Shown here piece by piece: positions 38,543-49,813 of a DNA stretch of 64,000 nt. The notes beneath the pieces were generated by a model, which was given only the letters and a program-made list of their open reading frames with translations, was not told where the DNA came from and did no database searches. The translations under genes and the position numbers were made by a program. Source of the DNA: an uncultured delta proteobacterium (lineage in GTDB: Bacteria > Desulfobacterota > Binatia > Binatales > Binataceae); NCBI GenBank assembly GCA_963808235.1, contig CAWEEQ010000004.1, forward strand, positions 1,600,001 to 1,664,000. Direction: 5' to 3'. The first letter of the stretch is position 1, and each line of letters opens with the position of its first letter.

Positions 38543-40390
38543 TCAGTCGCCCTCAGCCATCTCTGCCGGCGGCGCGTCGGTGAATCCAATGCGGTGCTTG
38601 TTGCGCAGCGCGGTCCTGAGCACGCGGTTGCGCAGCCGCACGGATTTCGGGGTAACCTCGACGAGTTCTTCCTCGTCGATCCATTCGAGCGCCGCGTCGA
38701 GAGTAGGCACGCGCGGAGGCGAAAGGCGCACTGCCTCGTCGTGACCCGAGGCGCGCATATTGGTGAGCTTTTTTTCACGACATACGTTGACCGGCAAGTT
38801 TATCTCGCGCGCGTACTCGCCGACTATCATCCCTTCGTAGACCGGCTCGCCAGGACCGACGAAGAATATCCCGCGCTCCTGCAAATGAAAGATAGCGTAC
38901 GGAGTGGTGGTTCCTTCACGGTCGGAGATCATCGCTCCGTTCGCGCGCGAGCGAATCGTCCCGGTCCACGGCGCGTATCCGTTGAAGAGCGTGTTCATGA
39001 GGCCGTTGCCGCGCGTGTTTTCGAGGAATCTGCCCCGAAACCCGATCAGTCCGCGCGCAGGGATGTCATATTCCAGGCGGACCCGGCTGCTCGCATGCGT
39101 CACCATCGTGCGCATCTTGCCCTTGCGCGTCGAGAGCATCTGGGTGACGACGCCGATGCATTCGGCGGGGATGTCGATGACCAGCATCTCCATCGGCTCG
39201 AGGATCTGGCCGTCGGATTGCTTGGTGATGACGGTGGGCTTCGAGACCTGCATCTCATAGCCCTCGCGCCGCATCGTCTCGACGATCACCGCGAGCTGCA
39301 ACTCGCCGCGGCCCATCACGCGCCACGAATCATGCGTGAGCTGCTCGACGCGGGTGCTCACGTTGCGCCGCGCTTCGAATTCGATTCGCTCGCCGAGCTT
39401 GCGCGAGGTGACGAAATCTCCCTCGCGTCCGGCCCACGGCGAGTTATTCACGGAGAAAGTCATCGCGACGGTCGGCTCGTCGATGCGGATCGGCGGCAGC
39501 GGGCGCGGATTTTCGAGATCGGCGATCGTTTCACCGATCGCGATGTCCTCGACGCCGGCGACGATCACTATCTGGCCGGCGCTCGCGGTCTCGACTTCGA
39601 CCCGCTTCAGCCCCTGCCATCCATAGATATGCGCGACCTTGCACACCACGGTTTTCCCGTCGCGCCGGCACAGCGAATAGTTTTGCGATGCGGTCATCGA
39701 GCCGGCGATGATCCTGCCGACCGCAAGGCGGCCGACGTAGTCGTCGTAGTCGATATTATTGACCTGGAACTGAAGAGTCGCGTCAGGATCCACTTCGGGG
39801 CCCGGCAGATGCGCGACGATCGCGTCGAACAACGGGATCAGGCTGTCGCTTGGAACGTCGAGGCGATGCGACGCGGTGCCGGTGCGCGCCTGCGTGTAGA
39901 GGACCGGAAAATCGAGCTGACTTTCGTTCGCACCCAGGTCAATGAAAAGATCGTAGACCTCGTCGAGGACCTCGGGCGCACGCGCGTCGGCGCGGTCGAT
40001 TTTGTTGATGCAGAGAATCGCCGGGAGGTTCGATTCCAGCGCCTTCTTCAGCACGAATCGCGTTTGCGGCAGCGGCCCTTCGCAGGCGTCGACGAGCAGC
40101 AGGATTCCGTCGACCATCGATAGCGTGCGCTCGACCTCGCCACCAAAGTCCGAGTGGCCGGGAGTATCAACGATATTGATTCGCGTCTCGCCCCACAGAA
40201 TCGAGGTGTTCTTCGCCATGATGGTGATGCCGCGTTCGCGCTCGAGCGCGTTGGAATCCATCACGCGGTCGATCACCTGCTCGTTGGCGCGAAAGACGCC
40301 AGACTGACGCAGCATCGCGTCGACCAAAGTAGTTTTTCCGTGATCGACGTGAGCGACGATCGCTAAATTTCTGATGTCTGGGCGTCTCAT
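38543..40390 (-). CDS. typA: Translational GTPase TypA/BipA
   Basis: [45 protein letters not shown]. Confidence 0.97.
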   Translation of the reverse strand: MRRPDIRNLAIVAHVDHGKTTLVDAMLRQSGVFRANEQVIDRVMDSNALERERGITIMAKNTSILWGETRINIVDTPGHSDFGGEVERTLSMVDGILLLVDACEGPLPQTRFVLKKALESNLPAILCINKIDRADARAPEVLDEVYDLFIDLGANESQLDFPVLYTQARTGTASHRLDVPSDSLIPLFDAIVAHLPGPEVDPDATLQFQVNNIDYDDYVGRLAVGRIIAGSMTASQNYSLCRRDGKTVVCKVAHIYGWQGLKRVEVETASAGQIVIVAGVEDIAIGETIADLENPRPLPPIRIDEPTVAMTFSVNNSPWAGREGDFVTSRKLGERIEFEARRNVSTRVEQLTHDSWRVMGRGELQLAVIVETMRREGYEMQVSKPTVITKQSDGQILEPMEMLVIDIPAECIGVVTQMLSTRKGKMRTMVTHASSRVRLEYDIPARGLIGFRGRFLENTRGNGLMNTLFNGYAPWTGTIRSRANGAMISDREGTTTPYAIFHLQERGIFFVGPGEPVYEGMIVGEYAREINLPVNVCREKKLTNMRASGHDEAVRLSPPRVPTLDAALEWIDEEELVEVTPKSVRLRNRVLRTALRNKHRIGFTDAPPAEMAEGD

Positions 40391-40506
40391 CTTGGGGTAA
40401 ATGCTAAAGCGCGGCCGAGCCTCATAGGTTCGCCCGCGCGTCAATCATTCTACCCGTCGCTGGAGGCAGAGTAAACGCGGTTCAAAACTAGCGCGTAACC
40501 AGCTCG

Positions 40507-41055
40507 TCACGGAGCATTGAGATTCTTTTGTTCTTCGCGCTGCAACTTTTCCAGCAGTTGCTCGATGTTCTTGATCTCAACGACCCGCCATTGCCCGTCG
40601 TCGCCGCGCGCCAGGTGGACTTCCCACTCCTGCCCCTTATTATCTTTGAAATCTGTATAGGCGGTGTCGCCATTGCGATGCAGGACGACCAGGGAGGCCG
40701 CCACGGCCGCACCCGGCATCTGCACTTCCCGGTCGCCATCGTTGACCTTGCGCACCGCCCACGCTTTGGCAAGCTGCGCCATCGGTTTGGTGAAGAGGTC
40801 GATCGCCGCGTTGCCGATCATCGAGCTCAATGGATCGCCGCCGCCGCGCTTTTGCACCATCTCGTAGCCCGCATGCTTGACCACGCTTTCGAAGTCGACA
40901 TAGCTGGATGCCCCCTCGCCATTGTGGGCATCGATCGCCTGCTTCATCTGGAACACGGCGTAGCTCGGAGTTTGCGGCAGGTAGAAGACCGCCCAACCGG
41001 ACAGCGCGGCGAGGATCAGTATCGCGGTGAAATGGCGCAGTGCGAATCGGAGCAT
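40507..41055 (-). CDS. DUF2939-like membrane-anchored protein
   Basis: N-terminal TM; TPSYAV..YVDFESV; C-terminal WRVVEI. Confidence 0.65.
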   Translation of the reverse strand: MLRFALRHFTAILILAALSGWAVFYLPQTPSYAVFQMKQAIDAHNGEGASSYVDFESVVKHAGYEMVQKRGGGDPLSSMIGNAAIDLFTKPMAQLAKAWAVRKVNDGDREVQMPGAAVAASLVVLHRNGDTAYTDFKDNKGQEWEVHLARGDDGQWRVVEIKNIEQLLEKLQREEQKNLNAP

Positions 41056-41070
41056 CGGAGCTGCGCAGGG

Positions 41071-41814
41071 TCAGCGATGAGCGAGCAGGCTCGCGGCGGC
41101 CTTGTCGAGCATCCAGGTGACTTCGCCCTTCTGCAGCTCGACAATCTGCGCGGGAAACTTGTCGGGGTCGCGCGGGCCTTGGATAACATCTTTCACCGCG
41201 GACGCTTTGCCCTGCCCTGCCGCCAGGAACATCACGCGCTGCGCATTGTTGATCACCGGCGGCGTGATGGTGAGGCGTTTGCGAGGTTCGGCGTCAACTT
41301 CCACGGCGACCACGAGACGCTGCGTCTCATGCAAACTGGGATCGCCGGGAAAAAGAGACGCGGTATGGCGGTTGTCGCCAAGGCCCAGCAACACCAGGTC
41401 GAAGCGGGGAAATTCACCCTCGCCGAGGCCGAACTGTTTTCGCAATTCACGTTCGTAGGAAGCAGCCGCTGAAGCGGGAGTATCTTCGCCGCGCATGCGA
41501 TGAACCTGGTCGGGTCTGAGCGCGATTTTGCTCAGCATGGTGCGACTCGCCATCGCGAAATTGCTCTCGGGGTGATCGGGCGGGACGCATCGCTCATCGC
41601 CCCAGTAAAATTGGACTTCCTTCCAATCGACGCTCAAGTGAAATCGTGTCGCGAGCAGGTCATAGGTCGCAGCGGGCGTCGAACCGCCCGACAGGCAAAG
41701 CGTGAACTCGCCGTGAGTGCAGATGGCCTCGCCCGCGATGTGCGCGATTTCCTCGGCCGCACGCACGTAGAGTTCCTGCGGATCGTTCAGGATGATGAGA
41801 TGAGGTTCAGGCAT
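41071..41814 (-). CDS. pgl: 6-phosphogluconolactonase
   Basis: LSGGSTP, WGDERCVPPDHPESN, LGLGDNRHTASLFP. Confidence 0.95.
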   Translation of the reverse strand: MPEPHLIILNDPQELYVRAAEEIAHIAGEAICTHGEFTLCLSGGSTPAATYDLLATRFHLSVDWKEVQFYWGDERCVPPDHPESNFAMASRTMLSKIALRPDQVHRMRGEDTPASAAASYERELRKQFGLGEGEFPRFDLVLLGLGDNRHTASLFPGDPSLHETQRLVVAVEVDAEPRKRLTITPPVINNAQRVMFLAAGQGKASAVKDVIQGPRDPDKFPAQIVELQKGEVTWMLDKAAASLLAHR

Positions 41815-41881
41815 GGCAGCTCGTCCGGCAAATGAACTCGAAATAAAAGTTATCCGATACCCCTTGCGCGACGCCAGATCC

Positions 41882-44737
41882 TTACTTGGCGATCGCCTCG
41901 ACGACCTCCTGGCGAAGAGCTTCAAGCGCGCCGATCGGATCGTGTCCGGCGAAATGAACTCGAATCACGCGCCGGCCGTGCGCTTCCAGGGATTGGAAGT
42001 CACCGAGATATTGCGCCTGATTGAGTTGCCCGAAGTCGTACGATGCGCCGGGTATCGGAATCGACTCGCGATGATCCTGCGTAATCTGCAGAAACAGTCC
42101 GGTGTTTGGTCCGCCCTTGTGCAGTTGGCCGGTCGAGTGCAGGACGCGGGGACCATAACCGAACGTCGTCGCGATTGCGTAGCGCTCGACCACGGCTTTA
42201 CGAATCGCCGCGATCTCCTTGTCCACGGTCGGGTTGGGCGACAGGTATGCCATCATGGCCAGGTAATCGCCAGGGCGCGCGAGGTTCAGGAATTCGCGGA
42301 GCAGTCCGCGAAAATCGTGACCTCCCTTGAGCGCATCGCCGGCAGCTCCTCCGCAGTAAAGTGCCAGCTTTCCTTTTTCGGCAATCGGCGATCGCGTGGG
42401 CAGCTTGTGGCTTCGTTCGAATTCGGCGAGCAATCGATTGGTTGTGCCTTTGCTCTCCTGAACATTCGGTTCCTCGAAGGGATCGACGCCGATGATCGAG
42501 GCCGCTGTCGCCGTCGCGATCTCCCATCGCATGAATTCTTCGCCGAGATCGATCCGATCGGCGACCGCGATCTCCACGGTTGGAACGCCAGCTTTTCTGA
42601 TCGCCTCGAAGGCCGCATCCTGCCCCAGATCGCGGGTGCCTTTGAGCTTCAAGTAGGCGAACACGCGGTCCTTTCCATAGTACCTTGGTTCGACGATCGG
42701 CTCGTCGCAAACCGGGATGATGCCGGTGCCTTCCTTGCCGGTGGCTTCGGCGATTAGTTGCTCGACCCACAGACCGAATGCACCGATCGACTGCGAAACG
42801 ATGAACGTGACTTTGTCGCGGCCCGCCTTCTTTAACGCACCGAGCGCTCCGCCCAGGCTCACGCCGACATTTTCCTCAACGCTGAGGCATCCCGCGGAGC
42901 TATGTGTCATTCGAATCGCGCGATCGAGCAGCGTCGCGATGTTCACTCCAATCAACGCGGCGGGCACCAGGCCGAAGTAGGAAAGTGCCGAGAAACCGCC
43001 GCCGATGTCGGGCGGATTGAGGAACCGGCGACGAAACTTATGCTCCCTGGCGATCATATCCAGCTCGGTACCAGGATCGGTGATCGCGACGAAATGAGAT
43101 CCCGGCGGATTCGAAGACTTGGACTTCACGCGCTCGAAGAACGCTTTGTAGTGCGAGAGTGTTTCGATTGTGCTGCCGGTTTTACTCGAGACCACGAACA
43201 GAGTGTGCGCGATATCGATGTTGCGTTCGAGCGCCCGAATCGTTTCCGGCACGGTGGAATCGAGAACATGAAGTTTCGGATAGCCCGGCGCACTCGGAAA
43301 CGTCTTTGCGATCAATTCGGGAGTCAGCGAGGAGCCGCCCATTCCGAGCAACACAACGTCGCGAAAGCCCGCGCTCCTGACTTCATCTGCGAAGTTGCTG
43401 AGGTCGGCGACGCGCTCTGACAAAAGCTCGGGAACGACCAGCCATCCGAGCGCGTTCTTGATGATCTCCTGATGCGCGGGTTCCTTCTTCCAAAGCGTGG
43501 GATCCTTATGCCACAGGCGGGCTGGAAATTCCGCCTTCTCGAGATCTTTGTAGGTTGCGGCTAGCTGAGAATCGTAGCCCGGCGCGGAGATCGTCTGCTT
43601 GTCGAGCGATCCGTCGACAATCGCGGCGCGCCGCCCGCTGATCACCGCGCTCAAATCCTCGAAGGACTTTGCAAAGGACTCGACGCCCTCTTTCTGCAGC
43701 TCCTCTCCAACTTCGAGAAGGTCGATCCCGACCGACTTGAGGCGCTTCACCGCTTCGCGCGCCTCGTCGAGGTTTTCTTCGAGCGACGCGCGCGGCTTGC
43801 CGTGATCGCGGAACGCGTCCATGGTCGCGGGCGGCATCGTGTTGACCGTATCGGGACCGATCAGATCCTCCACGTACTTGACGTCGCTGTAAGCGTGATT
43901 CTTGGTGCCGGTGGATGCCCACAACGGCCATTGCGGACGCCCGCCTTTTTCGCTGAGCGCCTTGAAGCGATTGCCTTTGAAAAGTTCCTTGTAGCGCTGA
44001 TAGATGAGCTTCGAGTTCGCCACCGCCGACTTCCCCATCAGCGCTGCGACGGCCTCGTTCGGCGCCGCCTTCAGCTTGTCCTCCAGCTTGCGATCGACCA
44101 GCGTCTCGACGCGGCTCACGAATACGCTCGCCACCGACCAGATTTTCGAAAGCGATTGGCCCGCTTTGAGCCTGCGTTCGAGTCCACGGATGTACGCCTC
44201 GGCGACATCGTCGTAGTGTTTCATCGAGAACATCAGGGTCACGTTGATGTTGAGGCCTTCAGAAATGAGCTGCTCGATCGCCGGCAGACCTGCGGGCGTG
44301 CTCGGGACCTTGATCATCACGTTGGGCCGCGCGAGCATCTTCCAGTAGCGGCGCGCGGCGGCGATGGTGCCGTCGGTGTCGTTGGCGAGCGTCGGCGAAA
44401 CTTCGTAACTGATGTAGCCGTGGACGCCGTCGCTTTTGTCGTAGAGGGGGCGGAGCGCGTCGGCGGCCAATTTGATATCGGCGGACGAGAGCGCTTCGTA
44501 GATTTCGTCGATGCTCTTTCCGCTCGGCGCGAGCTCGCGAAGCTGATCGTCGTAGTCGGTGGATCCGGCGATCGCTTTTTCGAAGATGGTCGGGTTCGAG
44601 GTCATCCCCTTGAGGCTGTCCTCATCGAGCATCCGGCGAAATTCCGCGGAGGTCAGCAGGTGACGGCGAATATAATCGAGCCATACGCTCTGTCCGAAGT
44701 GCTCGAGCTGCTTTAGAGGGTTTTCAGCGCTCGCCAT
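41882..44737 (-). CDS. Bifunctional transaldolase/phosphoglucose isomerase
   Basis: GQSVWLD, TSNPTIF, WASTGTK; then GMGGSSL, SSKTGST, EQLIAE, HSTGQLHKGG. Confidence 0.95.
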   Translation of the reverse strand: MASAENPLKQLEHFGQSVWLDYIRRHLLTSAEFRRMLDEDSLKGMTSNPTIFEKAIAGSTDYDDQLRELAPSGKSIDEIYEALSSADIKLAADALRPLYDKSDGVHGYISYEVSPTLANDTDGTIAAARRYWKMLARPNVMIKVPSTPAGLPAIEQLISEGLNINVTLMFSMKHYDDVAEAYIRGLERRLKAGQSLSKIWSVASVFVSRVETLVDRKLEDKLKAAPNEAVAALMGKSAVANSKLIYQRYKELFKGNRFKALSEKGGRPQWPLWASTGTKNHAYSDVKYVEDLIGPDTVNTMPPATMDAFRDHGKPRASLEENLDEAREAVKRLKSVGIDLLEVGEELQKEGVESFAKSFEDLSAVISGRRAAIVDGSLDKQTISAPGYDSQLAATYKDLEKAEFPARLWHKDPTLWKKEPAHQEIIKNALGWLVVPELLSERVADLSNFADEVRSAGFRDVVLLGMGGSSLTPELIAKTFPSAPGYPKLHVLDSTVPETIRALERNIDIAHTLFVVSSKTGSTIETLSHYKAFFERVKSKSSNPPGSHFVAITDPGTELDMIAREHKFRRRFLNPPDIGGGFSALSYFGLVPAALIGVNIATLLDRAIRMTHSSAGCLSVEENVGVSLGGALGALKKAGRDKVTFIVSQSIGAFGLWVEQLIAEATGKEGTGIIPVCDEPIVEPRYYGKDRVFAYLKLKGTRDLGQDAAFEAIRKAGVPTVEIAVADRIDLGEEFMRWEIATATAASIIGVDPFEEPNVQESKGTTNRLLAEFERSHKLPTRSPIAEKGKLALYCGGAAGDALKGGHDFRGLLREFLNLARPGDYLAMMAYLSPNPTVDKEIAAIRKAVVERYAIATTFGYGPRVLHSTGQLHKGGPNTGLFLQITQDHRESIPIPGASYDFGQLNQAQYLGDFQSLEAHGRRVIRVHFAGHDPIGALEALRQEVVEAIAK

Positions 44738-44822
44738 TGTATTTGCTCCTGATTGAAAAATTTAAAGCGCATAGCCGGCGGCGGACCGCGCGCGATCGCA
44801 ATTCGCCCCTTTTTCAGACCTG

Positions 44823-46854
44823 CTAACGAGCGAGTAGTTTCAGCGCGCGCTCGACAACGTGCTCAACGGTAAAGTTAAAGTGTTTCATTACATCTTCGGA
44901 TTTGCCCGACGCGCCGTAGGTCGTCATCCCGATGATGTCGCCGTCGAGCCCGACCCATCGGTACCATGACATCGGCGCGGCGGCTTCGACCGCGAGCCTG
45001 CGCCGAATGTTCGGGGGCAGCACGGAATCGCGATACGCCTGGTCCTGTGCCTCGAAGATATTTGCGCTCGGCATGCTCACGACGCGCACCGCCCTGCCCT
45101 TTTCTTCCAGCTTCGCTTTCGCATCGACGACCAGCGAGAGCTCCGATCCCGATCCAAGCAAAATAATTTCCGGAGCTTTGCCGGCGGTCTCAGTCAGCAC
45201 GTAGCCGCCGCGCCGGACGCCGCTCGCGGGCGCCACCTTGGTGCGATCGAGAGTGGGAACTTTCTGCCGCGAGAGCGCCAGCAGCACCGGACCTTGAGTA
45301 TGGGTCATGATCGTACGCCAGGCCTCGACCGCTTCGTTCGCATCGCCGGGGCGGATCACGGTGAGATGCGGAATCGCGCGCAGCGATGACAAATGCTCGA
45401 TCGGCTGATGCGTCGGGCCGTCCTCGCCTACGCCGATCGAATCATGGGTGAACACGAACACCACCTGGAGTTCCATCAACGCCGCGAGCCGAATCGACGG
45501 CCTCGCGTAATCGGTAAAGCACAGGAAGCTCGATCCGTACGGGATGAAGCCGCCGTGCAACGCGATTCCGTTCAAGATCGCGCACATGCCGTGCTCGCGA
45601 ATTCCGAAATGCGGATTGCGGCCGCCGTACTCGCCACGCTCGAAATCACCGCCGTCCTTGATGTCGGTGAAGGTCGACTCGTTCAGGTCGGCGGAACCGC
45701 CGAACAGGTTCCAGACTTTTTTAGCGATCGCCGCCTCCGCCTGCGAGGCGGACATCCGGGTCGCGAGCGAATCCTTGGGCGTGAACACCGGGAGCTCGGC
45801 GTCCCATCCCTTAGGCAGATCTTTTGCGAGCGCGGTCTGAAACTCGCCCGCCTCCGCGGTGTGTTTTTTTGCGTAAGTTTCAAACTTCGCGTTCCATGCG
45901 GTCTCGAGCTCCTCGCCATGCTCGACGCACTCGCGAAAATGCGCGAGCGAATCGTCGGCAACGAAGAACGGCGGCTCGGTCGGATATCCGTAGAATTCCT
46001 TGGTCAGCTTGACCTCTTCGACGCCGAGCGCATTGCTGTGCGCGGCCGAGGTGCCCTGCTTATGCGGGCTGCCGTAACCGATAATCGAGCGGACTCGAAT
46101 CAGCGACGGGCGTGCGGTCTCCGCGATTCCATTTTCAATCGCCTTCGAGAGCGCCGCCAGATCGTTCGCATCCTCGACGACCTGCGTGTGCCACTTGTAG
46201 GCGTCGAATCGCTTGTTCACGTCCTCGTCAAAGGCGAGCTCGGTGTGCCCGTCGATGGTCACGTGGTTGTCGTCGTAGATGTAGACGATGTTGCCCAACC
46301 CAAGATGCCCCGCGATCGACGCCGCTTCACTCGACACGCCTTCCATCAGGTCGCCGTCGCTGCAAATCCCGAAGATACGATGATCGAACAGGCCCGACTT
46401 GTCGCGCTCGAAGCGCGCCTCAAGATGCTTCGCCGCCATCGCCATCCCGACTCCGTTGCCGAAGCCCTGGCCAAGCGGCCCGGTCGTGGTCTCGACGCCG
46501 GGCGTCATGCCGTGCTCCGGATGGCCCGGGGTCCTGCTTCCCACCTGGCGGAACTGTTTGATGTCGTCGAGCGTCACGTCGTAGCCGGTGAGATAGAGAA
46601 TGCTATAGAGGAGCATCGAGCCGTGACCGGCCGACAGCACAAAACGATCGCGCCCAAACCATTGTCGGATTCTTGGGATTGTGACGCATGAAGCGCGTGT
46701 AGAGCAGGTACGCGACCGGCGCCATCGCCATCGGCAATCCGCAATGGCCGGAGTTGGCCTTTTGAACCGCGTCGATCGTGAGCACGCGAATCGCGTTGAT
46801 ACAGGTTTGGTCCAGGTCGGACCGATTCACTTTGATTTGTGATGCAGTCGCCAC
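44823..46854 (-). CDS. tkt: Transketolase (single frameshift near 46665)
   Basis: ANSGH in 46603..46854, continuing after the shift as [31 protein letters not shown]. Confidence 0.92.
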
Positions 46855-46940
46855 GATGTCACCAACGCCTCAAGGTTTTGGGCGGTCGCTATCTTCCGCC
46901 GGTTGGATATGTAGCTTGCTTCGCCAGCTCCGAAGCCGAA

Positions 46941-47309
46941 TCACCAATCTTTCTTGTCGTCGTCTTTGCTGTCGCCCGCCTTCCGGCGCATCACGTCCAC
47001 CACGGTCTTCGCATCGCCCTTATCTCCGGCGCCGAGCGCCGCGGTAAACTTCTCGGCAATAAAGCGCATCATCGCACCCTCTTCAGGATCGAGAACGCTG
47101 CCTAGCGCCGCGAGGCGCTGCATCGCGCTTCGGATTGCCGCGATCGCGGCCGGCATATCGCCCCGCTCGCGGCATACGATCGCGTCGCGAAGACCGGCAC
47201 GCACTTCGGCGATCGTGGGACGCGCGCGCTCACCTATCACAATCTCCAATTCGCCGAGATTTTGTGCAAGTTTTGCGAATGGATCGTCAGCGGAATTGAT
47301 TGGCGACAC
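46941..47309 (-). CDS. Hypothetical helical protein
   Basis: Genome-like codon usage; co-oriented upstream of tkt. Confidence 0.65.
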   Translation of the reverse strand: MSPINSADDPFAKLAQNLGELEIVIGERARPTIAEVRAGLRDAIVCRERGDMPAAIAAIRSAMQRLAALGSVLDPEEGAMMRFIAEKFTAALGAGDKGDAKTVVDVMRRKAGDSKDDDKKDW

Positions 47310-47467
47310 TCAAAGATTGTTTCATCGGTACAAGTTTAGATGCAAGGCTAAACCATCGTCGCAAGCCGGGGCTCGACAGGCCAAAATGCGCATTCTCGAC
47401 CAGCCCGGCTTTTTGGTAGATGATTAAATCAATCGCGCATGGAGGATGAGGGGCCCTGATGAGACCA

Positions 47468-48716
47468 ATGCTTGAGCGCCGTGTGGTGATCACCGGAGTA
47501 GGTTTGGTGACCCCGCTCGGTATCGGAGTCGACAAGAACTGGGAGGCGCTGATGGCGGGCCGGTCCGGAGTCGGACCGATCACCCGTTTCGACGCTTCGG
47601 AGTTCCCCGCGCGCATCGCCGGTGAAGTCAATGACTTCAATCCGGAAGACTGGATCGAAAAGCGCGACGTTAAAAAGATGGATCCCTTCATCCAGTACGC
47701 GGTCGCGTCTTCCGAACAGGCCATGAGTCAGTCGGGCTTCAAAATTACCGAAGAGAATGCCGACATGGTCGGCGTACTGATTGGAGTTGGAATCGGCGGA
47801 CTCTGCACCATCGAGGAATACCACAAGGTCTTCATGGCGACCGGGCTCAGGCACGTCACCCCGTTTTTCATTCCGAAGCTGATCGGCAATCTCGCTCCCG
47901 GCCAGATTTCGATCCGTTACGGAGCGCGCGGCGTCAACTTGACGACCACCAGCGCCTGCGCGTCGGGCAGCCATGCGATTGGCGAGGCGTATCGCATGAT
48001 CAGGCTCGGCTACCTTGACGCGGCGATAACCGGCGGGTCCGAGGCTGCGATCACGTCCCTCGGAGTCGGCGGATTCGTCGCGATGCGCGCGCTGTCGACC
48101 CGCAACGATCCTCCGGAGAAAGCGAGCCGCCCGTTCGACAAGCATGCGCGACGGATTCGTCATGGCCGAAGGATCGGCGGCGCTCATCCTCGAGGAGCGC
48201 GACGCGGCAATCGCGCGCGGCGCGAAGATTCTCGCCGAGGTTTGCGGATACGCCGCCAACAGCGACGCCTATCACATCACCTCGCCCTCGCCCGAAGGAC
48301 GCGGCGCGGCAAAGTGTATGCGCATGTGTCTCGAAGACAGCGATCTCGATCCCAATGAAGTCGACTACATCAACGCGCATGGCACTTCGACCGAGCAAGG
48401 CGATCTCGCGGAGACTCAGGCAGTGAAGCGGGTCTTCGGTGAACGCGCGGCGAAGGTCGCAATCAGTTCGACCAAATCGATGACCGGGCACACGCTCGGC
48501 GCGGCCGGCGCGATCGAGTCGGTATACACCGTGCTCGCGATCGAGCGCGGGATGCTCCCGCCGACCATCAACCAGGAATTTCCCGACCCCGAATGCGATC
48601 TGGATTACGTACCCAACCGGCCGCGAGCCGCGAAGATTCGAATCGCGCTCAATAATTCGTTCGGATTCGGCGGCACCAACACCACGCTGGCCTTCAGGCC
48701 CGCCAACCAGGACTAA
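47468..48716 (+). CDS. fabF: 3-oxoacyl-ACP synthase II (single frameshift near 48146)
   Basis: RRVVITG, TSACASG, SRPFDK/RDGFV, NAHGTST, KSMTGH, NSFGFGGTN. Confidence 0.93.
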
Positions 48717-48728
48717 GCCTAGGTCATC

Positions 48729-49706
48729 ATGGGCTCCAGAATTGTTTCTACCGGACGGGCTCTGCCGCGTGCCGCGCTCACCAATAAAGATCTCGAGCGC
48801 TACATGGATACCTCCGACGAATGGATTCGGTCGCGCACCGGAATCGGCCAGCGCTACACGCTCCGTCAGGGCGAGTCGCTCGCGGAAATCGCCGTCGACG
48901 CAAGCCGCACGGCGCTCGCACGGGCCGGAATCAAGCCGGGAGATCTCGACGCGATCATCGTCGGCACGGTTTCCTCCGAATACGCGTTCCCGTCCTTCGC
49001 GTGTCAGATTCAGAACGGCCTCGGCATCTCCACGATTCCCGCCTTCGACGTCGCCGCCGCCTGCTCCGGCTTCGTGTACGCGCTTTCGGTCGCGGACGCA
49101 CACATGCGCGCCGGCGACTTCAAGCGCGTGCTGGTCGTCGGCACCGACGCTCTGTCGACGATGGTCGATTGGGGCGATCGCAGTACCTCGGTGCTGTTCG
49201 GCGACGGCGCGGGCGCAGCCGTGATGGTGACCGAAGCGGGAAATCGCGGCGTGTTGTCGAGCCTGCTGCGATCGTCAGGCGAGTACTGGAACCTGCTCTC
49301 GGTGCGCGCGACCGGAGTCCGTGGCACGGTTGATTCGGAAATCCGGCGATCCTCCGATGACGCGATCAAGATGAAAGGGCCCGAGCTTTTCAAAATCGCC
49401 GTCAAGAGCATGGAAGAAGTCAGCCGCCTGGTCGCGCAGCGCGCCGGCGTGCCACTCGAGGAAATCGATCTGTTTGTGCCGCATCAGGCCAACATGCGGA
49501 TTATTTCCGCGGTCGCCGAACGGCTCGGCCTGCCGCAAGAAAGGGTCTTCACCAATATCGATCGCTATGGCAATACCTCCGCCGCTTCGGTACCGATCGC
49601 ACTAGACGAAGCGATCGAGCAGGGCCGCATCCGTGAAGGCAACATCGTGATGCTCAACGCATGCGGCGGCGGCCTCACCTGGGGCGCAAACCTGATCCGC
49701 TGGTAG
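48729..49706 (+). CDS. fabH: 3-oxoacyl-ACP synthase III
   Basis: DTSDEWI..RTGI, AACSGF, PHQAN, GNTSAAS, GGGLTWG. Confidence 0.96.
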   Translation: MGSRIVSTGRALPRAALTNKDLERYMDTSDEWIRSRTGIGQRYTLRQGESLAEIAVDASRTALARAGIKPGDLDAIIVGTVSSEYAFPSFACQIQNGLGISTIPAFDVAAACSGFVYALSVADAHMRAGDFKRVLVVGTDALSTMVDWGDRSTSVLFGDGAGAAVMVTEAGNRGVLSSLLRSSGEYWNLLSVRATGVRGTVDSEIRRSSDDAIKMKGPELFKIAVKSMEEVSRLVAQRAGVPLEEIDLFVPHQANMRIISAVAERLGLPQERVFTNIDRYGNTSAASVPIALDEAIEQGRIREGNIVMLNACGGGLTWGANLIRW

Positions 49707-49813
49707 CGCTTCTTACCTCGCCCGTTATTTTACGGGAGAGGATGCCGGCCGCCTTGCGGCCGGTAGGTGAGGGTTCTGCGCCATGCCACTGCCACTCGAC
49801 CGCTCAACCTAAA

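Noticed and set aside
24208-46691. Long antisense ORFs (e.g. 24208..25677, 25625..26962, 31698..33407, 35459..36724, 38522..40123, 45393..46691)
   Set aside because: Mirror frames of recognisable genes in high-GC DNA, with no motifs of their own
46640-48160. Programmed frameshifting in tkt and fabF
   Set aside because: No slippery heptamers at the shift sites; extra single bases clustered regionally fit sequencing error
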